A stretch of 38,118 nucleotides of DNA from a virus (IMGVR_UViG_3300020599_000013:1-38118), one strand, 5' to 3'; counted from the stretch's first letter, positions 1 to 9,343 are shown. Numbers and translations are program-made. The notes: generated by a model not told the origin, from the sequence alone.

Positions 1-46
1 CCCATTCGTAGATTAAATCCCCTTTTCAGACCTCGGTAATCAGCAA

Positions 47-448
47 ATGGCAGGCGTCAAAGGAAAGAGCGGAGGCCCGCGGAAGAATGCAGGCGGCGCG
101 CGTCCTGGCGCTGGCCGCAAGCCGAAAAACCGGGCGCCGGAATCAGCAAATGAGCCGACCGGTGGAGTGCGCGAGGAACTGGAGCCGCAAGCGCATGGTG
201 GCGCCCTGAAGCGCACGCGGTCGGAGCCGGTTCAAGCCCCCGACTGCGATATGTTGGAGTTACTTCAGGACATCGCGCTCGGCAAGATCGAATCGACTCC
301 GCTGCAGGTGAGAGCGGCGATTGCCGCGGTTCAATACACCCATGCGAAGAAAGGTGAGGGCGGCAAGAAGGATGAGCGAGCCGAGGCAGCCAAGGTAGCC
401 GGCAGGAAGTTCGGTTCGACACCTCCGCCTCTGCGCGCCGTGAAGTGA
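47..448 (+). CDS. terS: Terminase small subunit
   Basis: N-terminal GG-x-R-x-x-AGGARPGAGRK motif typical of phage TerS; ends 1 nt before the terL start. Confidence 0.8.
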   Translation: MAGVKGKSGGPRKNAGGARPGAGRKPKNRAPESANEPTGGVREELEPQAHGGALKRTRSEPVQAPDCDMLELLQDIALGKIESTPLQVRAAIAAVQYTHAKKGEGGKKDERAEAAKVAGRKFGSTPPPLRAVK

Positions 449-449
449 T

Positions 450-2108
450 ATGGAGTGGACAACAGCCTGTCCCGATTGGGCTGATCGTCTGATCCGAGGC
501 GAGTCGATAATCCCGCCGCCGATCTTTCCGGAGATGGCGGAGCAAGCCCTGGATGTGTTCAAGCAACTGAAGATCGTGGACGCCCCTGGTAGCCCGACCT
601 TTGGTGAGGCATGCGCTCAATGGGTGTTCGATCTTGTAGCTTCGATCTTCGGGGCCTATGACACAGAGACTGGTCGCCGACTGATCACCGAATGGTTCAT
701 CCTGATCCCGAAGAAGAACAGCAAGAGCACCATCGCTGCCGGGATCATGATGACGGCGCTCATTCTGAACTGGCGCCAGTCAGCCGAGTTCTCGATTCTT
801 GCGCCCACGGTCGAGGTGGCGAATAACGCCTACGCCCCGGCCCGGGACATGACACAGCGCGATGAGGATCTCGATGCGCTGATGCACGTGCAGACGCACA
901 TCAAATCGATCACTCACCGCGAGAGCGGAGCGACGCTGAAGGTGGTTGCAGCTGACTCGAACACTGTCGGCGGCAAGAAATCCGTCGGTACCCTGGTCGA
1001 TGAGCTCTGGTTGTTCGGCAAGCGCCATGACGCTGAGAACATGCTTCGCGAGGCTATTGGCGGTCTGGCATCAAGGCCTGAAGGTTTCGTTATCTATCTG
1101 ACAACTCAGTCGGATGAGCCTCCTGCAGGCGTGTTCAAGCAAAAGCTGCAGTACGCCCGCGATGTGCGAGACGGGGTGATCGTCGACAAGCGCTTTGTCC
1201 CGGTGATCTTTGAGCATCCTCCGGAGATGGTGAAGGCGAAGGAGCACCTGAAGGCCGAGAACCTGGCCCTGGTGAATCCAAATCTCGGCTACTCGGTCGA
1301 TGAAGAATTCCTCAACCGGGAGTACGAGAAGGCCAAGAACGGCGGTGAAGAGTCGCTGCGCGGCTTCCTGGCGAAACATGCCAACGTAGAAATCGGTCTG
1401 GCCCTCCGCTCCGACCGCTGGGCCGGCGCCGACTTCTGGGAGGGATCGGTTACACCCGTCACCTTCGACCAGTTATTGGAGCGCTGCGAAGTGATCGACA
1501 TCGGCGTCGACGGCGGCGGTCTGGACGACTTGCTCGGCCTGTACCTGGTCGGCCGGGAGAAGGATTCACAGCGCAAGCTTGGTTGGGGCTACGCCTGGGC
1601 TCATCCCTCCGTACTGGAGCGGCGCAAGGAGATTGCTCCGGCCCTGGAAGACTTCGCCAAAGCTGGTCACTTGACGCTAGTGAAGCGTGTCGGCGATGAC
1701 GTAGAGGAGCTGGCGGACATCTGCGAGCAAATCATGGAAGCCGGCCTGCTGGACCTGATCGGCTGCGATCCGGTTGGCCTCGGGGCGATTCTCGACAAGC
1801 TGGCCGAGCGCAATATTCCGAATGACAAAATTGTCGCGGTGAGCCAAGGCTGGAAACTCGGCGGGGCGATCAAGACCGCTGAGCGCTGGTTGGCTTCAAG
1901 AGAGTTCCAGCCGGCATCTCAGCCGATGATGGCCTGGTGTGTCGGTAATGCCCGCGTCGAACCCCGGGCGAATTCGATCCTGATCACCAAACAAGCCAGC
2001 GGCTCGGCAAAGATCGACCCGCTGATGGCCATGTTCAACGCCGTCACGCTGATGGCGCAGAACCCTGCTGCCGCGACCAAGAAGTTTCAGATGTTCGTTC
2101 TGGGCTGA
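450..2108 (+). CDS. terL: Terminase large subunit
   Basis: 552 aa; deviant Walker A (LIPKKNSKST), Walker B (TLVDELW), nuclease acidic motifs (GVDGGGLDD, KIDP). Confidence 0.95.
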   Translation: MEWTTACPDWADRLIRGESIIPPPIFPEMAEQALDVFKQLKIVDAPGSPTFGEACAQWVFDLVASIFGAYDTETGRRLITEWFILIPKKNSKSTIAAGIMMTALILNWRQSAEFSILAPTVEVANNAYAPARDMTQRDEDLDALMHVQTHIKSITHRESGATLKVVAADSNTVGGKKSVGTLVDELWLFGKRHDAENMLREAIGGLASRPEGFVIYLTTQSDEPPAGVFKQKLQYARDVRDGVIVDKRFVPVIFEHPPEMVKAKEHLKAENLALVNPNLGYSVDEEFLNREYEKAKNGGEESLRGFLAKHANVEIGLALRSDRWAGADFWEGSVTPVTFDQLLERCEVIDIGVDGGGLDDLLGLYLVGREKDSQRKLGWGYAWAHPSVLERRKEIAPALEDFAKAGHLTLVKRVGDDVEELADICEQIMEAGLLDLIGCDPVGLGAILDKLAERNIPNDKIVAVSQGWKLGGAIKTAERWLASREFQPASQPMMAWCVGNARVEPRANSILITKQASGSAKIDPLMAMFNAVTLMAQNPAAATKKFQMFVLG

Positions 2109-2125
2109 TTGCCTAGCACCTTTAG

Positions 2126-2153
2126 AGCCCGCCTTGAGCGGGCTTTCTCGTTT
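2126..2153 (+). terminator. Intrinsic terminator-like hairpin after terL
   Basis: AGCCCGC-cttga-GCGGGCT followed by ttctcgttt. Confidence 0.65.
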
Positions 2154-2167
2154 CTGGAGAGCCCGCA

Positions 2168-4168
2168 ATGAAGACCAATCGAGCGTACAGCACCCTTGAG
2201 GTGAAGGCGCTGGACGAAGAGAAGCGCGTCATCACTGGCATTGCCTCTACTCCTTCGCCAGATCGCATGCAGGACGTGGTTGAGCCGAAAGGCGCCCAGT
2301 TCAAGCTGCCTATCCCTTTCCTCTGGCAGCACAACCACGACGAGCCAATTGGTCACGTCACCGAGGCCAAGGTTACCCAGAAGGGTATCGAGGTATCCGT
2401 TCAACTCACCCAGGTGGATGAGCCAGGAACGCTGAAAGACCGACTTGATGAGGCCTGGCAGTCGATCAAGTCTGGCCTTGTCCGCGGTCTCTCGATTGGC
2501 TTCTCCGCCAAAGAATTCGAGCAGATCCCTGGTTCCTGGGGGCTGCGCTTCCTTTCTTGGGAGTGGCTCGAACTGTCAGCCGTGACAATTCCGGCCAACG
2601 CAGAAGCAACGATCACTTCCGTGAAATCCATCGACCGAGAACAGCGCGCCGCGCTTGGCATCAAGTCTGTCCCGGTCGTTCGCGTTACCCCCGCCGGCGC
2701 TTCGGCAACCCGCACCAAATCCATCAAATCCCCGAAGCCCGAGGAGGGCAACGACATGAAACCCATCGCTGAGCAGATCGCCGAGTTCGAGGCGACCCGC
2801 ACCGCCAAGGCTTCCGACATGGAAGCCATCATGGCCAAATCCGCCGAGACTGGCGAAACCCTGGACGCCGAGCAGTCGGAGCAATTCGATACTCTGGAAG
2901 CCGAGATCGCCGCCATCGATAAGCACATCGGTCGCCTGCGCAACATGCAGAAGGCCCAGGCAGCTACCGCCAAGCCGGTTTCTGAAGAGCCCGGCGCCAA
3001 GCGCATCCAGACGCTGGATGTGAAAGAACTGCAGGTCCGTGCCAAGAACACCCAGAAGCTGGAGCCCGGCATCGCCTTCGCTCGCGCCGCCAAGTGCCTC
3101 GCCCTGGGCCACCTGGAACACCGTGACGCCATCTGCATCGCCAAGGCCCTGTACGATGGCCAAGACTCCATCATCGCCGCCACTCAGCGCCTGGTGACCA
3201 AGGCCGCTGTCGCCGCCGCGACCACCTCGGACGCAACCTGGGCCGGTCCGCTGGTTGGCGACGAAACCAACGTCTTCGCCGATTTCGTCGAGTACCTGCG
3301 CCCGCAGACCATCCTCGGCCGCTTCGGCGCCAACGGCGTGCCCAGTCTGCGTCGTGTTCCGTTCCGTACTCCGCTGATCGGCCAGACCTCCGGTGGCGAC
3401 GGTTACTGGGTTGGTGAGGGCCAGGCCAAGCCGCTGACCAAGTTCGACTTCAACCGCACCACCCTGGAGCCGCTGAAGGTTGCCAACATCGCCGTGGCCA
3501 CCATGGAGGTGATCCGCGATTCCAGCCCGGCCGCCGACGGCATCATCCGCGACCAACTGGCCGCAGCCCTGCGCGAACGCCTGGATATCGACTTCATCGA
3601 TCCCGCCAAGGCTGCAGTTTCCGGCGTTTCCCCATCCTCCATTCTCAACGGTGTTGTGGGCATTGCGTCCAGCGGTAATGACGCCGAAGCGGTTCGCGCC
3701 GATCTGAAAGCGCTGTTCAGCGCCTTCATCGCGGCCAACAACGCGCCAACCTCCGGTGTGTTCATTATGACCGCCACCATGGCGCTGTCGCTCAGCCTGA
3801 TGGTCAACGCTCTCGGTCAACCGGAGTTCCCGACCATCACCATGACCGGCGGCACGCTCAATGGTCTTCCGGTGATCGTGTCGGAGTTCGTGCCGACCGA
3901 TTCCAGCGGCTCCATCGTGGCCCTGGTGAACGCCAGCGACATCTACCTGGGCGACGAAGGCGGCATCGACCTGTCGATGTCCACCGAGGCGTCCCTGCAG
4001 ATGAACGACTCGCCGGACAACCCGACCACTGCCAGCACCGTCCTCGTATCGCTGTGGCAGCGCAACCTGGTCGGCTTCCGCGCCGAGCGCACCATCAACT
4101 GGGCTCGTCGTCGCACCTCGGCCGTAGCCTACCTGACCGGCGTGAACTGGGGTGATGCCGCGCCGTAA
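2168..4168 (+). CDS. Fused HK97-type prohead protease + major capsid protein
   Basis: N-terminal protease motifs (LWQHNH, GLSIGF, ELSAVTIPAN), a coiled-coil delta/scaffold segment, then an HK97-fold capsid (WVGEGQAKP; SLWQRNLVGFRAER). Confidence 0.92.
   Translation: MKTNRAYSTLEVKALDEEKRVITGIASTPSPDRMQDVVEPKGAQFKLPIPFLWQHNHDEPIGHVTEAKVTQKGIEVSVQLTQVDEPGTLKDRLDEAWQSIKSGLVRGLSIGFSAKEFEQIPGSWGLRFLSWEWLELSAVTIPANAEATITSVKSIDREQRAALGIKSVPVVRVTPAGASATRTKSIKSPKPEEGNDMKPIAEQIAEFEATRTAKASDMEAIMAKSAETGETLDAEQSEQFDTLEAEIAAIDKHIGRLRNMQKAQAATAKPVSEEPGAKRIQTLDVKELQVRAKNTQKLEPGIAFARAAKCLALGHLEHRDAICIAKALYDGQDSIIAATQRLVTKAAVAAATTSDATWAGPLVGDETNVFADFVEYLRPQTILGRFGANGVPSLRRVPFRTPLIGQTSGGDGYWVGEGQAKPLTKFDFNRTTLEPLKVANIAVATMEVIRDSSPAADGIIRDQLAAALRERLDIDFIDPAKAAVSGVSPSSILNGVVGIASSGNDAEAVRADLKALFSAFIAANNAPTSGVFIMTATMALSLSLMVNALGQPEFPTITMTGGTLNGLPVIVSEFVPTDSSGSIVALVNASDIYLGDEGGIDLSMSTEASLQMNDSPDNPTTASTVLVSLWQRNLVGFRAERTINWARRRTSAVAYLTGVNWGDAAP
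2741..2758 (+). promoter_or_regulatory. Internal RBS + in-frame ATG (Met197), candidate separate start for a capsid-only product
   Basis: GAGGAGGG at 2741-2748, 7-nt spacer, ATG at 2756 in frame with 2168. Confidence 0.65.
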
Positions 4169-4179
4169 ACCTTGACGTG

Positions 4180-4215
4180 AAGGCTTGTCGCCATCTGGCG
4201 GCAAGCCTTATTTAT
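4180..4215 (+). terminator. Hairpin/terminator after the capsid gene
   Basis: AAGGCTTGTCGCC-atct-GGCGGCAAGCCTT (13-bp stem, one G:U) followed by atttat. Confidence 0.6.
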
Positions 4216-4232
4216 CAAAAGAGGAATAAATA

Positions 4233-4526
4233 ATGGCAAAGGTTGTTGGGTCGACGGAAAGCATAGCGACCTCTGTAGTCGGTGTTCCGGTGCAATCTGC
4301 AGTTAAATTGCTCGACGCGCGACCAGGCCGCAAGGCTGTGGTCATCGCTTACCCGGGAAGCTCGTTTCACATCGGTGCAAGCAGTGCAGTCACTGGTGCG
4401 AACGGTTTTCTGTTGAATGGAACGCTGCAGATCGAAACTGAAGCAGAAATCTGGGCCTACCGAATTGGCGGGACTGGAACGCTGAGCGTATCGGTTCTTG
4501 AAACCTACGACCAAGTGGGTTGCTAA
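4233..4526 (+). CDS. Small beta-rich protein, possible capsid decoration protein
   Basis: Clear RBS (aagaggaa); 97 aa with alternating hydrophobic beta pattern; directly after the capsid gene. Function inferred from position. Confidence 0.55.
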   Translation: MAKVVGSTESIATSVVGVPVQSAVKLLDARPGRKAVVIAYPGSSFHIGASSAVTGANGFLLNGTLQIETEAEIWAYRIGGTGTLSVSVLETYDQVGC

Positions 4527-4562
4527 TCAGGGCGCTCCGGCGCCAGATTCCCTGGAGGGTCT

Positions 4563-4796
4563 ATGAGCGTTCAAGTGATCGATCTGAAAACCGGCAAGCT
4601 GAAAACCATGCCGGTGAAGTACGCCAACATCCTGGTCAAGATGAAGCGTGCGCGCTGGCCGGATCAGCCAAGCGCTGCTGAAGTTGCTCCGGTCGAGGTT
4701 GCCGAGATGCAGCCAGAGGAAGAAAGCGTTGAGGCCACGGCAGAACTGCCGGAGACCCCGAAGAAACGCGGCCGCAAACCCAAGGTTCAGAAGTAA
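4563..4796 (+). CDS. Hypothetical head-region protein with acidic linker and basic KKRGRKPK tail
   Basis: RBS ggaggg; 77 aa. Confidence 0.7.
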   Translation: MSVQVIDLKTGKLKTMPVKYANILVKMKRARWPDQPSAAEVAPVEVAEMQPEEESVEATAELPETPKKRGRKPKVQK

Positions 4797-4802
4797 GGGT
4801 GC

Positions 4803-5024
4803 ATGATGAAAAAGGCACTAAAGCTGGCGCAGGCGGCCGCTAAATCCCTGCTGGCCTTTGCCGTCAGTGCGGTGCTGTGGATCATCCTGCTGTTCCTTGG
4901 TGGCATCGTGGCCATGGTGGCTGGCATGCATCTGCTATTTGGCCCCGGGCCAGCCTTGATCGTGGCCGGCATTGCCATGCTCTGCGGCTCCCTTCTGCTG
5001 AAGCGGGCGGTGACCCATGGCTAA
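4803..5024 (+). CDS. Small membrane protein (about 2 TM) upstream of the portal
   Basis: Highly hydrophobic 73 aa; overlaps the portal start. Confidence 0.65.
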   Translation: MMKKALKLAQAAAKSLLAFAVSAVLWIILLFLGGIVAMVAGMHLLFGPGPALIVAGIAMLCGSLLLKRAVTHG

Positions 5025-6390
5025 CAGCCTGAGCCTTTTCTCGGCGGCCAAGGTCGCGGCAACCAGCGAACTGAAAAGCCTGTCGCAGGTGCCGGTGTCG
5101 CGTGGCTGGTGGCCGCTGATCCGTGAGCCGTTCACTGGTGCCTGGCAGCGCAACAAGGAAGAGCGGCTGGATAGCTTGCTGCAATATCCGACGCTCTATG
5201 CCTGTATCTCGCGCATCGCCACGGACATCGGGAAGCTTCCGTTCAGTCTGAAGCAGAAGAACTCGCAAGGGATCTGGCAGGCGGTGGAGAGTCCGGCCTA
5301 TTCACCCGTCCTCAAGAAGCCGAATCACTACCAGACGCCCCAGCAGTTCCGCGAATACTGGTCGCTGTCGAAGAAGACACAGGGCAATACCTATGCGCTC
5401 AAGGAGCGTGACCTGCGCGGAGTTGTGATTGGACTCTACATCCTTGACCCATGCCGAGTTATGCCGCTCGTTTCCGACTCTGGCGAGGTGTTCTACTCGC
5501 TCTATATCGACAACCTGAACCTCTTGCCGGAAGGTGAGACGCAATTGATTGTTCCTGCCTCTGAGGTCATCCATGACCGCTGCATCTGCCCGTTCCATCC
5601 TCTGATCGGACTACCGCCGATTGCCGCGGCTTATTGGCCGGCTCTGAAGAACATGCGGATCTTGCGTTCGTCCTCGGAGTTCTTCGCCAACAACGCTCAG
5701 CCGTCCGGGATTCTCTCTGCACCTGGCGCGATTTCCGATGGCACGGCGGATCGCCTGAAGACCTACTGGAATGAAAATTTCACTGGGGCCAACGCCGGCA
5801 AGGTCGCAGTAGTTGGTGATGGTCTGCAGTTCGTCTCGCTTGCATCGAAATCGGTCGACTCGCAGATGGTCGAGCAGCTCCGATACTCCGACGAGCAGAT
5901 CTGCCAGCCGTTCGGCATTCCACCGTTCAAGGTGGGGCTTGGGACGATCCCATCAGGCCTGGGGGTGGATGCGATCAACCAGCTCTATTACGACGATGCT
6001 CTACAGGCAGACATTCAGGCCATGGAATGTCTGCTGACCGAGGGCCTGAACGCCGCGCCCTACAAGGTGGATATGGACGAGTCGGTTCTGATGCGGATGG
6101 ACGCTGGCAAGAAGGCGGATTACCACCGCACGCTCATCGACGGCAGCATCGAAACCATCAACGACGCGCGTTTCGACTTCAATCTGCCCCCGCTGGAGGG
6201 CGGCGACACCGTCTACATGCAGCAGCAGGACTTCCCGCTGGATCAAGTGCGCAACAACGTGCTGCCTAGCACTACGTCGGCGCAGGCGCCCGCTGCCGAT
6301 CCCGAGCCAGACGACCAAGACATCGAAGACCAGGCGCGCATGCTGGCGCTGCTACTCGAAAAGGAGCTGACCAGTGCTGAACTTGCGTGA
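5017..6390 (+). CDS. Portal protein, HK97 family
   Basis: YACISRIATDIGKLP, PNHYQT, GNTYAL, FFANNAQPSGIL, ICQPFGIPP, TINDAR...LPPLEGGD. Confidence 0.95.
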   Translation: MANSLSLFSAAKVAATSELKSLSQVPVSRGWWPLIREPFTGAWQRNKEERLDSLLQYPTLYACISRIATDIGKLPFSLKQKNSQGIWQAVESPAYSPVLKKPNHYQTPQQFREYWSLSKKTQGNTYALKERDLRGVVIGLYILDPCRVMPLVSDSGEVFYSLYIDNLNLLPEGETQLIVPASEVIHDRCICPFHPLIGLPPIAAAYWPALKNMRILRSSSEFFANNAQPSGILSAPGAISDGTADRLKTYWNENFTGANAGKVAVVGDGLQFVSLASKSVDSQMVEQLRYSDEQICQPFGIPPFKVGLGTIPSGLGVDAINQLYYDDALQADIQAMECLLTEGLNAAPYKVDMDESVLMRMDAGKKADYHRTLIDGSIETINDARFDFNLPPLEGGDTVYMQQQDFPLDQVRNNVLPSTTSAQAPAADPEPDDQDIEDQARMLALLLEKELTSAELA

Positions 6391-7552
6391 TCTGGAGGCC
6401 CAGGCTAAGGCGCTGGCGCCGGTCTTTTCCAAGCTGCTGAAGCAGGCGCGAGAAGAATTACGCGAAGAGTTCGGCGCCGTCATCGCAGAGCGCGACCAGC
6501 GCATTGCAGGACTGGAAAAGGCACTGGCCGATTCGATGATGGATGAAGACGTCATTGTCGAAAAGCTGCTCAAGGCGATCCCCAAGCCGAAGGATGGTGA
6601 GCCGGGAAAAGACGCCGATATGGATGCTCTGAAGGCTCATCTGGATGATTTGGTGAAGGCTATTCCAGTCCCGCAGGATGGGAAGTCAATCACCCTGGAG
6701 GACGTGCAGCCAGTCCTCGATGACGTAATCAAATCCTTGCGCTCGGATGCGGACCAGGCATTGGCCGAGCCATTGGAATTGGCCGAGCAGGCCAGAGACG
6801 CACTGATCAAGGCTCTCGGCGAACTGAAGCAGCCAGAAGACGGGAAGTCTGTCACGGTTGACGATGTGGCACCGTTGATCCGCGAAGAGGTGGCCAAGGC
6901 TGTTTCTGAGTTGCCTCCGGCGAAGGATGGCGAGTCCGTCACCGCGGAGGATGTACGTCCGCTGCTGGTTGAGATGGTGGAGTCTGCTGTGAAGGCACTG
7001 CCTCCAGCCGAGCCGGGCAAAGATGCCGACATGGACGCCCTGCGCGCCCATCTCGCCGAACTAGTGAAGGCCATCCAACTGCCGCCCGTGCCGACCGTCG
7101 ACGAAGTAGCCGCCACCTTCGAGCGCCGCTTCTCCGATCTCACCCTGTCCTGGGAGCGCCAGGCGCGCGATACCTTCGACAAGGCCGCAGACCGCATGCC
7201 GATACCGAAGGATGGCCGTGATGCGCTGCCGCTGGACTCTTTTGACCTCTGCCTAGGCGATGACGGGCGAACCGTCACGGTGAAGATGCAGGCCGGTGAC
7301 ATGGCGATCGAGAAGTCGGTGAAAATCCCGGCGGTGATCGACCGCGGCGTCTACAGCAGCGAAGGCAGCTACGAGAAGGGCGACGGCACCACCTATGGCG
7401 GCTGCTACTGGATCGCTCAGAAAGATGCGCCTGAAGGCGCGCCCGGGGCCTCCGCCGATTGGCGTATGGCCGTGAAAAAAGGCCGCGACGGGAAAGACCT
7501 GCGCGACAGCGCATCGAAGCATGATCCGAGCAAAGGGGTGTCCATCAAATGA
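6374..7552 (+). CDS. Portal-adjacent head protein with tandem P-x-x-DG(K/E) helical repeats
   Basis: About six ~28-30 aa repeats; C-terminal RGVY...YEKGD.TTYGGCYWIA module. Confidence 0.75.
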   Translation: MLNLRDLEAQAKALAPVFSKLLKQAREELREEFGAVIAERDQRIAGLEKALADSMMDEDVIVEKLLKAIPKPKDGEPGKDADMDALKAHLDDLVKAIPVPQDGKSITLEDVQPVLDDVIKSLRSDADQALAEPLELAEQARDALIKALGELKQPEDGKSVTVDDVAPLIREEVAKAVSELPPAKDGESVTAEDVRPLLVEMVESAVKALPPAEPGKDADMDALRAHLAELVKAIQLPPVPTVDEVAATFERRFSDLTLSWERQARDTFDKAADRMPIPKDGRDALPLDSFDLCLGDDGRTVTVKMQAGDMAIEKSVKIPAVIDRGVYSSEGSYEKGDGTTYGGCYWIAQKDAPEGAPGASADWRMAVKKGRDGKDLRDSASKHDPSKGVSIK

Positions 7553-7731
7553 TGACGGATGAGGAGAAGCGCATCTTCGCGCTCACCGCCGAATTGTGGA
7601 ATGCGCTGATCGCCCTACCGGCGCCGCATCGCTTCGACAATGCCGAGCACATGCGCGACATCCATGACATCCAGAACCGTCTACTGGCGCGCGTTGCTCA
7701 GCGCACGAACCCGGAGCAATTCAGCTCATGA
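7549..7731 (+). CDS. Hypothetical protein
   Basis: 60 aa; ATGA overlaps at both ends. Confidence 0.6.
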   Translation: MMTDEEKRIFALTAELWNALIALPAPHRFDNAEHMRDIHDIQNRLLARVAQRTNPEQFSS

Positions 7732-8069
7732 GAACTCTTGGCGAAATTATTGAAGCCTGCCGCAACGGCGAAAGACCGGACGTGGACGAACTGCGCTATG
7801 CCGTTTGCGCGATGGATGCGCTGATGACATTTGATCGTCAGGCCATTTGGAAGCTGGCGGATGCTGAGAAGGAAGGCAAGAAGCCAGTCCTGGTCTACAG
7901 CGCCGTCTTTCAGCGCGACGAGAACTTCGACCGAGTGAAGCGCGCGCTCGCGAAGGATCCGAAGTCCTATGTCGGCTGGAACAACGATCCCGACAACCCT
8001 GAGTTTCTGGCGCGCCGTGGCAAGTCGATCAAGCTGGTAGAGTCGTTGATGAAGGGTCGCCAGGCATGA
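7728..8069 (+). CDS. Hypothetical protein
   Basis: 113 aa; ATGA overlaps at both ends. Confidence 0.7.
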   Translation: MRTLGEIIEACRNGERPDVDELRYAVCAMDALMTFDRQAIWKLADAEKEGKKPVLVYSAVFQRDENFDRVKRALAKDPKSYVGWNNDPDNPEFLARRGKSIKLVESLMKGRQA

Positions 8070-8440
8070 TGTACGTCACCCTGGAGCGCGCCAAGGCCCA
8101 CCTCGGTATGGACCATGATGAGGACGACGCCCTCATCAGCGCTTACATCTCTGCGGCATCAGGCGCTGTGAAGAACTACCTGAAATCTTCGCCTGCCTAT
8201 GAGGTCGAGCGCGACAGTAACGACGATCCGGTACTGGATAGCAATGGCGACCCGGAATACGTCCGCGATAGCAGCGGCGACAAGGTGGTGGCGATGCCTG
8301 TCCAGCAGGCCACGCTGCTGCTGATTGGCTACTTCTACAAGAATCGCGACGAGAACCCCGACAGTGCCTTTGCTCAGGGCTACCTGCCTGCTCCGGTGAC
8401 TGCACTTCTCTATCCGATCCGCGATCCTGCGGTGGCCTGA
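8066..8440 (+). CDS. Head-tail connector (HK97 gp6-like adaptor)
   Basis: VTLERAKAHL..D..DDALI..YI.AA; QQATLLLIGYFYKNRD; LP..V.ALLYP.R. Confidence 0.9.
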   Translation: MMYVTLERAKAHLGMDHDEDDALISAYISAASGAVKNYLKSSPAYEVERDSNDDPVLDSNGDPEYVRDSSGDKVVAMPVQQATLLLIGYFYKNRDENPDSAFAQGYLPAPVTALLYPIRDPAVA

Positions 8441-8441
8441 A

Positions 8442-8783
8442 ATGGGCATGCGAGCAGGCCGTCTCCGCCACCGGGTGGACATCCAGGAACGGCAGGACGT
8501 GCAAGACCCAGTGACTGGCGAGGTCGTTCCTATCTGGACAACTGTCTGGCCTTCCGTGCCTGCCGCTATCGAGCCACTGAGTGTTCGCGAGTTCATCGCT
8601 GCCCAGGCAGTGCAATCCGATATCAGCGCGCGGATCACAATCCGCTATCGCGATGGGCTCCTGCCGAACATGCGTGTCCTGCACAACGGAAAGGTCTACA
8701 GCCCGGCCGGGTGGCTGCCCGATCCGGTGCGTGGCAATGAATACCTGACAGCGCCCTGTTCCGAAGGCGTCAACGAAGGCTGA
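8442..8783 (+). CDS. Head closure/stopper protein (HK97 gp7/SPP1 gp16-like)
   Basis: MRAGRLRHRVDIQ, DPVTGE, RITIRYR motifs. Confidence 0.9.
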   Translation: MGMRAGRLRHRVDIQERQDVQDPVTGEVVPIWTTVWPSVPAAIEPLSVREFIAAQAVQSDISARITIRYRDGLLPNMRVLHNGKVYSPAGWLPDPVRGNEYLTAPCSEGVNEG

Positions 8784-9343
8784 TGGAATCCAAGCGTTGG
8801 ACTGGCTGCACCGTCGTATGCATCGCCAGCGGGCCTTCGTTGACTGCTGAAGACTGCGTGGCCGTCAAGCGTTCTGGTTTTCCAACGGTTGCAGTGAACA
8901 GCAGCTGGAAGATGGCCCGGTTCTGCGACGTGATCTACGCCGGCGACGCATGCTGGTGGGCCGAATACGGCGCCGAGATTGATATCCCGGCCGAGCGTTG
9001 GAGCTGCACCCGCCAGGCCAAGCAGCGCTTCGGCGTGAATCACCACCAATCAGGCGGCGCCTACAACAGCGGGATGCGCGCCATACAGTTCGCTATGCAG
9101 CAGGGCGCTTCGCGGGTACTTCTGCTCGGGTACGACTGCTCGCTGGCTGCCGGTAGCCATTGGCATGGCGATCACCAGAAGACGAAGAACCCTGATGCCT
9201 CGAAGGTCGCTGGCTGGCACAGGCAGTTTGCCCAGGTAGCTGCTGAGGCCAAGGCTCGCGGTGTCGAGGTGATCAACTGCAGTCGCTATAGCGCGCTCGG
9301 TTGCTTCCCGCGCCTGAGCCTTGAAGAAGCCTTACAGGTTTAA
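8783..9343 (+). CDS. Putative glycosyltransferase, Maf/DUF115/GT42(CstII)-like fold
   Basis: CIASGPSL, VAVN, GD..WW, NSG..AI..A...GA..VLLLGYD, HWHGDH and VINCS..SAL..FP motifs; TGATG overlap with the head closure gene. Confidence 0.65.
   Translation: MESKRWTGCTVVCIASGPSLTAEDCVAVKRSGFPTVAVNSSWKMARFCDVIYAGDACWWAEYGAEIDIPAERWSCTRQAKQRFGVNHHQSGGAYNSGMRAIQFAMQQGASRVLLLGYDCSLAAGSHWHGDHQKTKNPDASKVAGWHRQFAQVAAEAKARGVEVINCSRYSALGCFPRLSLEEALQV

Noticed and set aside
2576-4204. 542-aa antisense ORF opposite the capsid gene (also 2401-3183)
   Set aside because: Shadow frame expected from GC-rich codon bias; no RBS or recognisable motifs.
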